Source: Alloascoidea hylecoeti
Lineage: Eukaryota
NCBI GenBank assembly: GCA_001600815.1
Contig: BCKZ01000012.1
Span: 186,001 to 250,000, forward strand
Reading direction: 5' to 3'
DNA length: 64,000 bases
The notes under the pieces were generated by a model. It was given only the letters and a program-made list of their open reading frames with translations. It did no database searches and had not been told where the DNA came from. Each line of letters starts with the position of its first letter. The first letter of the stretch is position 1. Position numbers and translations under genes: made by a program. This document shows positions 36,573 to 48,719 of the stretch, piece after piece.

Positions 36573-38943
36573 ATGACCGATAATAATCTAATAAGGTCGT
36601 CTCCGTTTGTAGAACGACCGAAAGATGAGAAATCTTCTCCGATGATTATGTCTCCTTGGAAAAATAAAGAAAACAATTTTTCTCCATCACTTAAATCAAA
36701 AGGTACATTCAATCTATTTTAGAAAAATTATTAATGATGAATTTTCACTAATATTTATATATAATCCTTCAAAAGGTTCTCCTCTAGTTACTAGACCATC
36801 TAAAGCAAGAGAGGAGGAGATAGAACGACAGCAGAAAGAAATTTCCTCCCTTAACTATAAACTTTCAAATCTACAGAACGAGAAAGATGTGGAGAAGATA
36901 AGGTATGAGAAGATAGTTTTAGAATTGGAGAAGAAAGTACAAGCTGAAGGGAAGCGATCTGATGTAAGCAAATTATCTATCCTCAATGTCTTATATTTTA
37001 TTTATTTTTTTATTTTCAAAGACCTCTAATTATTTATATAGATTTTAGAATCAGATCAATCGTTTCTTTTCAGTAAACATCGTGATACCACAGACCAGCT
37101 GACTGCTCTCAAGGATCAACTTTCTAAACAACGTGTAGCAAATGAACAACTTGTTACCAAACTTAGAACAGAATCGTCTTTATTAAAGGAGGAGTTGATA
37201 GACGCTAAAGATCAAATAAGAAGTTTCCAAGCTCGTCAAGGTCAAGGTCAAACCCAAACTGAGATTAAGCTAAAGAGTTGTGAGGTTACTATTTTGCAGT
37301 TGCAAGAAGAATTGACAAATCGAGATATAACTATAAATTCTAAACAAAATAAGAATATGGAATTAGAAAATGAGGTAGAAAAATTAAGAGCTGATAATAT
37401 TCATTTAAAAGGTGAATTAGATCAATCAAAATCAAATGAAGCGGTTAGCAAAGAATTGGCGGATCAAGTTCAATATATCAAAGAATTAGAAACAACAATT
37501 CATAAGCAAAAAGACACAATTACTAAATATAGGGAAGAGCATGAAAGTTTGGGCGTTCTGAAGGAAGAAAATCTTCAATTAGAGCAGAAGCTAAAGGGAA
37601 TGTCGGATCTAAAAGATAAATTGGCAGATATGGAACTCAAAGTACTAAAATACGAAGAAGAAAGAACAAAATGGTCAGTCTTTTTAGGACCAGAGTCGAC
37701 AGATAAAGACGAGGAAATGGTTGATAAAGAAAATAGCATTCCAAAGAAAAGGCAACAATTCAGTTCACCAGAGGAAGTATTTCATGCATTAAATGAGGAA
37801 AGAAATGAGAAGCTTCAATATCTTGAAAAATTAGGAAGATTGGAAGCAGAGGCATCGAGCACACTTCAAAATCTTGAAAATTTAGAAAATGAGCTTAGCT
37901 CGTCTGTAGCTACGAATGAAGAATTACAGACTAAATTAGAAAAAGAAACAACTTTAAGACAAAGAATAGAGAGACAAAAGAGTTTGGCTTCGAAGGAAGC
38001 TGGTTTCTTAAGAGAACAATTGAAAAATTATGATAATGAAGAAGTCACTATGCAACAAGGTAATTATGATGCTCAAAAAACATTGAGAATCCAAGAACTT
38101 GAAAAAATCATGGATATATACAAATCAGAGTTATCAAATATGACAATTGAATTAAATAAAAAGGATGGGATTGACTATATTACTTCAAGTCCTTCAGCTT
38201 TTAGCAAAAAAAGAAGGAGAACAGGTTCCGATTTTAGTCTTGATAATCAAAATTTATCTAATCTAATTAGACAAAATAGAACGCTTAATGAGGTAAAAGG
38301 TGATTTAACAAAAAAGTTAAGAATTCTAGAAACAGATTACAACTCTTTGAAAGAGAAGATGCAAACTTTGGAGAAAGCTAAAGAGACTAAGAAGCGTATC
38401 TTACAATTACGTGATAATCCTTTATCCCAAGATCAGTTTATTAAGAAACAGCTACTTGACAGTTTAAGAACAGAAAATATTGATTTATTAGCAACCTTAG
38501 AAAACAAATTTACGGAATCTGAAAAGATCGAAAAGTTAGTTCCAAAGTCAGTTCTTGAAAGATTACGACTTGAAGTTAAAGAAATGGAAAATACAGTAAA
38601 AATAAAAGAAAAACGTATGTTGCGTCTACGACAAATATTTTCAGCTAAATCTCTTGAATTTCGAGAAGCTGTTTACTCTTTACTTGGGTTTAAACTTGAT
38701 TTCTTACCAAGTAACAAAGTCAAGGTGACTTCAAAATTCAGCTCATCTGATGATGATTCTTTTATTTTTGATCCAGAAGCTAAGACGATGAAAATGTGTG
38801 GAGGCGAGGTAAACAATTCATTTAACGAAGAATGTGCTAATTTAATTACATTTTGGGTAAAGGAGAGAAGAGAAATTCCATGTTTCCTATCTGCTTTAAA
38901 TCTAGAATTATATGAAAGGACTTCAAAAGCAGCATCCTTTTAA
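36573..38943 (+). CDS. MAD1: Spindle checkpoint coiled-coil protein Mad1, 3 exons
   Basis: Introns 36703-36775 and 36964-37041; long coiled coil; RILQLRDNP (Mad2-binding motif), RLRQIF..KSLEFREAVYSLLG, IPCFLSALNLELY. Confidence 0.9.
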
Positions 38944-39089
38944 TTTATTCTTTTATAATACCGATGAAATGATGCTCTAATAGTTACAATATACTGCTTT
39001 ATTATTTTATTAATATGGTATTCATATCATTTTTTTTTCTTATATTTTTGTTAAGCTCGCGCATTATGTACCCACTATGTAATTATACT

Positions 39090-41062
39090 TTAACATCTCA
39101 CATATATTCCCCTTCTTTTTTCGCTTTCTCGAATTTCAAACATAACTTGTGCACCAATGAATAAAGCTATCGAGACTGTGACAAAGAAAGCGCCACCACC
39201 TAAAGTAGTGAACATATCTTTTAGGATTTTCTTGGTCCCATCACTACCTAAACAAAACCCAAATAAATTGGCAATTATCATCGTCCAAATGTTGACGATA
39301 GCACCTACTGCACAAATGTGTCTATATAGTGGATTGTCACCCCACTAAATAAGTTAAAAGTTAGTGAATCATTAATTAATCTTATTTCAAATAAAAGAAT
39401 CGAATACATACTTTTGAAGCAGGAAAAATATAAGTAGCGCCAATTTCAGGTAACAAAAAGAATACAATCAACCAACCCCAAAGTAGTAATTGTAATTGAA
39501 TATCATGCCATATAGCAACGAAAGTGAAGACTGCCAAACTGTTTATAATTGAATGTTTACTACCTCCCAAAGGAATATAGATATAGCGGACCACCCATTT
39601 ATTATAACTTCTGTGCCATGCCCTCCAGAATGAAGTTGAACTATAATTGTTATTGACACAACGAATCATATTTTCAGGTGGATCAACTCCATCTAGAAGG
39701 GACCAAAACCGGAATACTCTCCATGGAATCAAAAGCTAAAGAGAGATAAGGTCAGAAAAAATCAAGATCAGTTTGATGTAAATAAAATTACTTACTTTAA
39801 GCCAGATAATAATAAGATTAAAAAACCCGATCATACTAATCTGGAAAGGAGAATCACCTTCCCATGCTTTAGCTTTAGATATTGCAACTACATAGCAAAA
39901 ATGTAAGATAAATTCCATCGTTAGAATACAACCAATCAGTCTAATAAGATAAACCAAAATGCTTTTGCTGGTTAATGAAGGTAATTTGTTTCTGCTCTAA
40001 GTAAGATATAATATGTTAGTAATAATTTGCAATGTAAGATCAAGATTAACTAACCTGATAAATATAGTCGTTAAAAGTGATGATAGGACCAGCGATGAGT
40101 AGTGGAGCATAGTCAACATAAGCGATATAGTTAATGAAGTTGTAATCAGAAAGAGGTAAAGGAGCAGTCTGGCGTTGTCTTTCGTTTAAAACTGTTGCTT
40201 TATCTTTAAAAGTATTAGAAATAGTTTCAATTTCAATCTGTTTTCTCCTATTTTTAGAATTAATTTTAAATTTTTTATTACCTATTGTTTCCTTAATAGC
40301 GCCTTCTTTTATTTGATCTTCTAGACTGAATTCAGAAGAAGAATGATGTAATTTGCACTTTTCATAATAGTCCAGTGTGAAACTTAACATTCGTAGTAAA
40401 GTGAAATTGAAAAAGACATCCCATCTTTCAATAATACCTTTAAAACCATCAAAATAAGCTAATGATGGATGTATTGAAGTATATGTTAATTTTCGAAAAT
40501 AATCATTAATGAACAATGTGGAAATGCCATAACTCCAAGTTAAAACGTATCCAAGAGTTGAGCCTCGGCAGAACTTTGCAATTGCAAAATTCACAGATAA
40601 CAGAAGTAATATTCTAAAGCAATTGAAGCCATGAGCACCGAATAAGAATAACAGTGCGAATACAAAATCGAACTTGATTCGAGGAACATGTAATAAAGTA
40701 GAAGCCTTTCTTAATAACTGATGGATGAATATGAGACCCACGATGGACAATAGATTATCTCTGAAAAATCTATATTGAGAATCTGAATTATCAACTTTCC
40801 TGCCAAAAATCCAGCCTTTCGAAAGTAAATGTTGATATCTGAGGTAGTTTTCATTTGCTTCGCTGCTAGCGGATATGGCACCTACAAACATAAGTGGAAT
40901 GGCAATAGCTACTGCAAGAAGATATAATTTGAATTCGAGGGTGTGCCATCGTGAAGAATGAGCTGAAGCGATAATTCTCTTTTTTTTGTCTGGGCTCTCA
41001 TCTGGATTGATTCTTGAGTCCAAGGACTCTATGGAGTAGAGCTTCAGAAATGCGGATGTCAT
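39090..41062 (-). CDS. GUP1: MBOAT O-acyltransferase Gup1, 4 exons
   Basis: [62 protein letters not shown], catalytic FVAIWHD; alternative upstream ATG at 41098. Confidence 0.92.
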
Positions 41063-41180
41063 GTGTTGAAGACTCCAATATCGTTGGGACAGTTTCATAA
41101 AGGAGGATAAGCAGTATTAAGCACACCCATACACTTCAATTGCAACAAATTTTCAGATCCGATCCATCATCAGTGTTAAT

Positions 41181-41882
41181 ATGGAACGAAGACCCAATCC
41201 ACCAGGCTGGGTTCCTCCCAAAGCTCCTTATAATCCATATGATCCCACAGATAGAAGACCTCCTGAGGGGTATCCCTCTGAATTTGCTACTCCTGGTGCT
41301 GCCCGAACATGGTCAGAAATCCCCAAAGAAGCCTCTGATTACAAGAAAATCCGCAATCAAATGAAAAAAATGCGATACACCCCTCGTCCCCCAAGCGATT
41401 TATACCCGGGTCAATTCAAAATTCTTAGACGTTTGCCTGTCAATCAAAGATTCAATAAAGGTGCTTCGATTTTCGGAACCATATTAACAACTACAGTGGT
41501 TACATATTGTGTATTTTTCAAACGTTGGGATGATGGTTATGATAACATATTCTCGCCGTTTTATCGCTGGAGATTACGAATGAAAGAAACCATGGGAGGT
41601 GTGCTGACAGACCAGCAACGGGAAGATTTAATCCCCAAGGACAGGCCGACATCTGTCAAGCTTGTTGATAATCCTCAATTGAGCGATTCTGGAATGAATG
41701 AAGGAGACTATGCCTTAGAAAGGCCTGCAAGAAAACATATTATGGAGGCGGAGGGTATAACCCAACAGAGGGAGGTGGAGATGCTAAAGTCTCTAGATAT
41801 TGCCCAAGCACAAGGAGTTGCTACAGCACCAGCTGTGACTAGAGAAGAGAAGAAGCGTAAAAAATGGTTTGGCATATTCTGA
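41181..41882 (+). CDS. Uncharacterised 233-aa single-pass membrane protein
   Basis: Clean ORF with host-like codon usage; Pro-rich N-terminus (PPKAPYNPYDP), one TM followed by W-D-D-G..IFSPFYRW, C-terminal KKWFGIF. Confidence 0.7.
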   Translation: MERRPNPPGWVPPKAPYNPYDPTDRRPPEGYPSEFATPGAARTWSEIPKEASDYKKIRNQMKKMRYTPRPPSDLYPGQFKILRRLPVNQRFNKGASIFGTILTTTVVTYCVFFKRWDDGYDNIFSPFYRWRLRMKETMGGVLTDQQREDLIPKDRPTSVKLVDNPQLSDSGMNEGDYALERPARKHIMEAEGITQQREVEMLKSLDIAQAQGVATAPAVTREEKKRKKWFGIF

Positions 41883-42095
41883 AATAGAAACACGTTTGTA
41901 AATAGTATTATTCGTATTCATTATAATTATAAAGCATTTTGGTGGTCGTATGGACCCTCTTCATTAGTTGTGTTGCAATTGTTTCAAGGATTTCAGGACT
42001 TTAGGCAACTTTGCGTCCGGAAATTTCTTACACTTTTATATTTTTGACAGCTTCACCTTTCTTCTCCCCCACCCCTTCAATACTTTCCTTTCAGA

Positions 42096-43445
42096 ATGAA
42101 GTTTGGCAAATTAGCTCATATTTTCTTAGCTCTAGTTTCAACGGCAAACGTTTTCGCCAATGCTGCGAGCGACGTGGCACCTGTTGATGAGATTATATCC
42201 AAGGCTGAGGACATAATTCAAAATCATGATGTGAAGAATACTTCTCCTAGCAGATTTTTAAATTCTGAGGGAATACTTAACCTAGAAAAGATTGATGAAG
42301 AGCTTCAACAATGTCAAGTAGTAAAGGATTTGACCGAACTCCTCGTGGAAGAAGAACAGGAGGATTCTTGGCTTATAAAAACGTATGGGTACCTCTTCCC
42401 ATTTGGACCTGGAGCAAATGCAATTTTAGCAACTACTTATATCTCAGGTCCGCCTAATCTATTTTTAGCACTAATTCCATCAAATATAAACAAAAGAGCA
42501 TTGTCTTTACTGGTATCATTTGCTGTTGGTGGTTTGTTGGGAGATGTCTTCTTACATCTACTACCCGAAGTATTTTTTGGTGAATCTGAGGGAGATAAAT
42601 TGGAATTTCAATTGGTAGATGAAAGAAGGAATACTGTCTTAGGACTAGGAATATTCGTTGGATTTATCATGTTTTTCACATTTGATAAATTGATGAGGAT
42701 TATGCAAATGGAAGTCCAGGACGATGAAGATGAGCATGAACACTCTACAGGAATATCATCATCAACTGAAATAAACAATGATAACGGACAATTACGAAAC
42801 CGTAAAAAAGTGGACACAGATAATAAAGAGTCCGAAGCTGTTGTTCAAACCCAAGAAATTAAAAACTCTACCTACCTAAATCTACTTGCTGACTTTACAC
42901 ATAACATCACTGATGGTATCGCAATGTCAGCTTCTTTTTATATATCTCGCCCTGTTGGTGCCATGACATGTATAGCTGTCTTCTTCCATGAAATTCCTCA
43001 TGAAATTGGTGATTTTGCTTTACTTATCGGCGGAGGTTTTACAAAAAAACAGGCAATGAGTAGTCAATTTATAACTGCAATCGGAGCATATTTGGGTACA
43101 TTTTTAGGTATTGCAGTTCATAATTATAGTTATTTGTTTGCTAGTGAAAATTCTACTTTATTTGGTACTACAGTTACTCTAGGAGATTTAAGCTTGCCAT
43201 TTACAGCAGGTACCTTTTTATATATTGCGACAGTTGGTGTCATTCCAGAGATTTTAGAGGTTGGTGATGAACAAGAAGAAGGTCATAGTCATGGTCATAG
43301 TCATTCTCATGCCTCTAATGATGGTGTCGAAATTAAGAAGCGAAACAGGGTCACCAGAATGGATGAACTGATTAATACCGCGCAGCAATTATTCTTTACT
43401 TTTGTGGGTATTGCTATTATGTTCGGTGTTACTTGGTTAGAATAA
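42096..43445 (+). CDS. YKE4: ER ZIP-family zinc transporter (Ke4/ZIP7-like)
   Basis: Signal peptide; ATTYISGPPN, SFAVGGLLGDVFLHLLPE, LNLLADFTHNITDG, FHEIPHEIGDFALL, His-rich loop. Confidence 0.9.
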   Translation: MKFGKLAHIFLALVSTANVFANAASDVAPVDEIISKAEDIIQNHDVKNTSPSRFLNSEGILNLEKIDEELQQCQVVKDLTELLVEEEQEDSWLIKTYGYLFPFGPGANAILATTYISGPPNLFLALIPSNINKRALSLLVSFAVGGLLGDVFLHLLPEVFFGESEGDKLEFQLVDERRNTVLGLGIFVGFIMFFTFDKLMRIMQMEVQDDEDEHEHSTGISSSTEINNDNGQLRNRKKVDTDNKESEAVVQTQEIKNSTYLNLLADFTHNITDGIAMSASFYISRPVGAMTCIAVFFHEIPHEIGDFALLIGGGFTKKQAMSSQFITAIGAYLGTFLGIAVHNYSYLFASENSTLFGTTVTLGDLSLPFTAGTFLYIATVGVIPEILEVGDEQEEGHSHGHSHSHASNDGVEIKKRNRVTRMDELINTAQQLFFTFVGIAIMFGVTWLE

Positions 43446-44279
43446 ATAAACAAATTTCGTATATTAGACTTTATTTATAATGACAATATTAGAACTTCAA
43501 AGTGTAAACATTTGTAATTGAGTTTTATCATCTAAACTACCCATAATTATTAAAAAAGAGATTGTATATATGTATAATTTTTAGGTACAATGTTGGGTTT
43601 GAATATTAACGTCAATATTGTTAGATGTGGTATTTGAATATCTTTAGAGTCTTCTCACCCATATTGAACCTACATGAAATTTATTATGAATACCGATTTG
43701 TCAGTATTGACCCTAGAAATCTATTAATACAACTATGGGAAAATCTCCAAACATGTACATAGTTAAAGATGCTTAATGTTATGAAAACTAAAGCGTTACA
43801 TAAATCTATTAATAATTAACTTATAAATTTAATATTCTCCCTGTAGACTTTTCAGAGCTTCAAAATGAATGTTTTATGGAACGATAGGGTCGTGATCGGA
43901 TGTTTGTTTTCTCAAGTTTTTTATCCAAATACAACTATGATATTTTCTAAACCATAAATTAAAAGGTTCTCAAACATAATATCCATATTTAATGACAGGG
44001 AAACTCGCTTTCGGTTAATAATTAACAACAAACGAAGTATTTATTATAGAAATTGGGTCTTAAAAGCTAATTTGTTGTATTCGTTACAATTGTCAATATT
44101 AAATCTTCCAATATAGCTATTAAAATGATGGAGTAGTTTAATTGGTGGGGAATTGGAGTGTCTTATTTTAGCAGAGGTGTTCGAGGCTCAATTCCTATTT
44201 CAAATGTTTAAATTTGGCACAAACGGGGCGCGATTATCAATGTTTCATCACTCATATATGCCATATACCATTTCTACGG

Positions 44280-45150
44280 GATCCCAAACCTATGAACAGT
44301 ATAACTACACCTGTAACCACAAAGCTCATTATTAACGTTCTTATATGGGGGTTTCAAACTCTTGTTATTAATATTATCAGAAGCACTAGGATATAATCGT
44401 TTGTAAGTTACCTCCGACAATTGTTCAGAAATAAAAAAAGCTAAACGGAAAAACGTATAATACTTCTCAACCACTTACGTCATACAGTGGGTTTGATTCA
44501 TTAGAATGATCTTTTTTCTTCTTTATTATTTTATTCGTTTTCAAAACAATTTTTCCATTTCTGCTCTTATTCTCTATTTTTCTTCCAATGAAGACATAAT
44601 ATAAAAATAATCGCTTCAGGTTATCATCCTTAAGTTTAGTTTCAAACGTTTCCACAAAACAGAAATTCACATCCAACAGTTTTTGTGATTATCAAAGATA
44701 GCAGTAGAAGTAGGACAAATATCGTAGTCTTTGCGGCTTCGTCCCTAGTAGGCACTTAATATAAGACGTTTAAATAGCGTTTTCCGACCGAGATTTTTAT
44801 GTTGGGGGGATATCGGAAATTTGAGACACTCTTCCATGCAATAGCGCCCAGATACGAGGTTGAAAAGTGTCTCACTATTCTTCGAAAACTTTGGACTATT
44901 TCCAAGACAATTGCAAGATAATCGGGATGAAAAACAATGCTCCTATTCACAAGGGTAATAAATCTAATGATATCATTATGTAGTTTGAAGAGTGTTGGAT
45001 TGAAGTGATCATGATGGAGTTTCATCTAGTCCAGATATAAATTCAATTGAGAAGGGTTTAGAAGATCCACCAAAGAAAATGAAGCAGCCCTCGTAAAGCT
45101 ACTTGGATGCTCAAGCAAAAAAATAAGACAGAGCTAAATTTCTCTTCTGA
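44280..45150 (+). mobile_element. Highly decayed Tc1/mariner (IS630-Tc1) transposase remnant
   Basis: MKNNAPIHK at 44927 (cf. QDNAPIH), SSPDINSIEK at 45025 (cf. SPDLNPIE), WGDIG at about 44803 (cf. WGxI), VS..PTIVQK*KK..QPLT at about 44403; many stops and frameshifts; boundaries approximate. Confidence 0.65.
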
Positions 45151-46232
45151 TATTATATCTCGAATGCCGAGGATGATGATGGAATTATTGAAAAATAGTG
45201 GCCATGTAGCAGATTGAGCCATGAATATTGATATCCTAATATGAAGTAAATAGTATAAATAATTGGAAGAAATGTGGACCCTTTCTTTTCATCCCTGCAA
45301 AGTATTTACCTACTTTAATAAAACCTGTGTAGCCTGTAACTGAATTGATATCTAAGAGGTGGAGTTAGATAACAATAAAGTACAAAATTTATTAAATTTT
45401 ACACCGGTGCCACCTTTAAGCTATGATTAAATGTAGGTGAATCTGATAAACTTATAATTACATCTAATATGTAACAACAACATCAAGAAATATTCATTAT
45501 TAGTTGGAATACAGAAATTTAAACATACATTAAGCTTCAATTTTGGGGTTCAGCTAAGTGAAATGATATTATTATTATATTATTATTATATAATTAGTAC
45601 AATTAAATATATACCTTGTTCCAAAAAGGTCAGAATCCTCTTTAATATTTCTTTGGTTAGAAACGTTAACGCGTATGTGATCCTCCAATAAATCTGCAAT
45701 TCCAAATTATAATTATACGACCCAAATTTATTTTTTGGACTTATTACCCCTTTTAGATAAATATATTTCCTATGAAGGCTGGCTGCATTCAATATTGCTT
45801 ATTACCTATCATAAGCTTCATCCGCATATGCATAAACGTATCAATTAAAACCGCCTATTATAATCCTTTAAATTCTACTACGAAACCATCTAAAACATAT
45901 AATCAAAAGATCTAGAAGTTGTTGAAATTTATTGTTTATGCGTATTAACTTGGAACTAAATATTGTTCTCCAGCCAATTCGGTCCAAAACGACTCCAAAT
46001 TATACTAACAACCAGTATTATAATGATTATATATAAAATGTTTCAGCGATAGATTCTTCATTGTATAATCCCCTGTGTTTTTTAGAATTCTTCTCGGGTT
46101 TCAGAAATATATTAATATTATTTTTACGACGAATATACGTATATAAAAAGTCATATAGACTTTCACTATATAAAAGGAATCATAAAGTAACAAATTTAAA
46201 AATATATCAATATATTAAAAGATATATAAAAT

Positions 46233-47651
46233 ATGCTACAGGTAGTATACTTTTCAATTCTCTCTACCCTTGTTAGGGAAAGTATGGCATGGGGCCACTG
46301 GGGTCAATACAATTCAGATAGTAATGCGAATGCTGAAGCAGGCTTTGGAACTTCATTAGCTGTAAGTTATGAACCAACAAGTGCTGGTGTTTCTATGGCA
46401 TCGATGTCTGATGCACCCACTGCAAGCTCCACGACCGGTCAAAACTTAGTTTATGGTGATGAAACCGCTACTACCACTGCCGTGTCTTCCACGGACACTT
46501 CTACTAATTATACTTTGGCCGAATTTCAAGAAAGAATTGTTGCCGCTCATAATGCAAAGAGAGCTCTCCATGGTTCTCAAGATGTAGCTTGGAATACAGA
46601 TATGGGTGACATAGCCCAAGCATATGCGGATAATTTTACATGTAGCAATGACGTTGAACACTCTTCTAGTGGGTATGCAGAAAATATTGGATATGGCTAT
46701 CCCACCCCTGAGTCTGTAGTTGAAGGTTGGTACTCTGAAATCGAATACTATAATTGGAGTGATCCCTCTGCTACTGACTTTGATGCTGTTGGTCACTTTG
46801 AAAATGTTCTTTGGAATACAACTACCAAGATCGGGTGTGGTGTGAATAAATGTAATGGTACACCTTTTATTGTTTGTGACTATTGTTGTGGATCAGGTTC
46901 TTACGAAGACAATATCTTCCCACTCATTAGTTCAACTAGTACTAGCACTAACACTAGTTCCACCTCAAGCAGCAATAGCAATGAGAGTGCAACCTCAGTT
47001 ACTTCAGATCTAAACATTTCCAGTGAAACCTCTGCTTCTGCTGTTTCTTCTATTGAAACTGATCTCAATTCAGCTGTAAATTCGGTTGTTCAGGCCGCTG
47101 TTGCCACTGAAGACTCTACTTCCTTAGTAGGTGCTACATTAAAAACTTCCTCTACTACGGCTTCTGCATCTACATCCACAGGTACTGATTATACCCTAGC
47201 CGAGTTCAAGGAAAGAATTGTGGCAGCACACAATGCAAAGAGAGCTCTTCATGGTGATCAAGATGTGTCTTGGGATACCGAAATGGCTGAGGATGGTCAA
47301 ACCTTTGCTGAAGATTTTGATTGCAATTCACAGGGCAACATTGAACATTCGTCCTATAGTTATGCCGAAAATATCGCTTATGGATTCACTACTCCAGAAG
47401 CTGTTGTTGAAGCTTGGTATTCAGAAATTTCATATTATAACTGGGATGATCCAGCAGCATCAGACTATGAAAAGGTTGGCCATTTTGAGAATGTCGTTTG
47501 GAATACCACTACCAAGATCGGCTGTGGACTTAATATGTGTTCTAATGGGTTAGGTCCTTATGTTGTATGTGAATATTGTTGTGGAACTGGCTCATATGCC
47601 GATAATATTTTCAAACCAACAACAAGCTCAGCTGCTGCTACTAGTACATAA
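46233..47651 (+). CDS. Secreted CAP/SCP (Pry/PR-1-like) protein with two tandem CAP domains
   Basis: Signal peptide; two copies of HNAKRALH..W..A..EHS..YAENI..WYSE..GHFEN..W..TTKIGCG..VC.YCC, separated by an S/T-rich linker. Confidence 0.88.
   Translation: MLQVVYFSILSTLVRESMAWGHWGQYNSDSNANAEAGFGTSLAVSYEPTSAGVSMASMSDAPTASSTTGQNLVYGDETATTTAVSSTDTSTNYTLAEFQERIVAAHNAKRALHGSQDVAWNTDMGDIAQAYADNFTCSNDVEHSSSGYAENIGYGYPTPESVVEGWYSEIEYYNWSDPSATDFDAVGHFENVLWNTTTKIGCGVNKCNGTPFIVCDYCCGSGSYEDNIFPLISSTSTSTNTSSTSSSNSNESATSVTSDLNISSETSASAVSSIETDLNSAVNSVVQAAVATEDSTSLVGATLKTSSTTASASTSTGTDYTLAEFKERIVAAHNAKRALHGDQDVSWDTEMAEDGQTFAEDFDCNSQGNIEHSSYSYAENIAYGFTTPEAVVEAWYSEISYYNWDDPAASDYEKVGHFENVVWNTTTKIGCGLNMCSNGLGPYVVCEYCCGTGSYADNIFKPTTSSAAATST
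46500..47620 (+). repeat. Internal direct duplication of the CAP domain (about 46500-46925 and 47180-47620)
   Basis: e.g. gccgaatttcaagaaagaattgttgccgctcataatgcaaagagagctctccatgg vs gccgagttcaaggaaagaattgtggcagcacacaatgcaaagagagctcttcatgg; differences mostly at third codon positions. Confidence 0.9.
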
Positions 47652-47901
47652 TTATAACTGATTTATAATTGATGGTTCCCCTTTCTTCCCGACTCTTCTT
47701 TAATAGTTGAGCAAACGTAACTATATATATAAGTAAATTATATATAAATACTTACATTTTATGACAATTGCAATAAAAGTTGAATTTTAGTTGAGCCTTT
47801 TTTTTTTTTTTGCACATCAAAAAACAAACCTCTTTTTATACTTACATATGATGACTTTTAGAATTCCACTAAGCGAGATTTTACGTAATTCTAATTCTAA
47901 A

Positions 47902-48330
47902 ATGCAATTGCAACCATTTAAACGAACTAAAATTTGCAATTTATTTGAGTGAAAATGGCTTCTCAACTGCTAGAATAATAAGCAGAAGGCTTAATATTCC
48001 CCTGCGGGATTCGTATATATGCAACAACTTTTATTATAGTAACTAATTCAACAAGAATGCTTTTAGGACTTATTGGAAGGAGAGTAAATCAAATTCCGAT
48101 GGTTGTGAAAACTTTCCCTTTGGATACGTTTGTTGAGCAGGCTTCAAAATTCAACTTAGGAATATCAAAGACCGAACAATTATGTGACAACATGAATATG
48201 AAATATTTTTGGCATTTAAATGGTTTTATATGAATGAGAAGAACCAGATAAATAGAATAGTCCTGTCTAAATATAGGTTGAAGAGGTATCATGACATTTA
48301 AGATGAAGTTGTGTTTAGTGATGAATATTC
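47902..48330 (+). mobile_element. N-terminal half of a second decayed Tc1/mariner transposase
   Basis: MQLQPFKRTKICNLF/ENGFSTARIISRRLNIP (HTH-like), VVKTFPLDTFVEQASKFNLGISKT (second HTH-like), NEKNQINRI..DI*DEVVFSDE (first catalytic Asp motif) at 48308-48325. Confidence 0.6.
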
Positions 48331-48520
48331 GATCGTACCTTCCCGGATGCGTAAAAGTATATGTTCCACAACAGCATTTACCACGCCCACCCAGTGGCAC
48401 CACCCTTATGAAGGAATACCTCTACCCTTCCGCCCCTGGTGTAGCATTTCTACAGATGATTCAAATCGTCCTTGAATCTGTTCTCTATGGCCTCATCGAT
48501 ACTTCTTCTGTTGCATCCAT
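48324..48520 (+). mobile_element. Fragment of Ty3/gypsy-type integrase
   Basis: NIRSYLPGC / SIC...WHHPYEGIPLPFRPWCSISTD matches the gypsy integrase pattern yv.sC..C..h.pyG.lqPlp.P.rPW..iSmD; frameshifted. Confidence 0.55.
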
Positions 48521-48719
48521 AAATATATATAATTCATGACACTAGTTCTAATTTACTTTCTATATTACTGCACATCAACTAAAAACTATATTGTTATAAG
48601 TGTATTATCGAAACCATGACATGTTTAATGACACAAAATTTAAAGTGTTTAGTAGAATTTCAAGGGTTCAAATTGATTGAAAGCTCAAGGCATGTCATCT
48701 CGCGACCGTATAACTGCAC

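Noticed and set aside
48089..48539. Track ORFs of 104 aa (-) and 82 aa (+) as real genes
   Set aside because: Better explained as frames crossing the Tc1/gypsy relics
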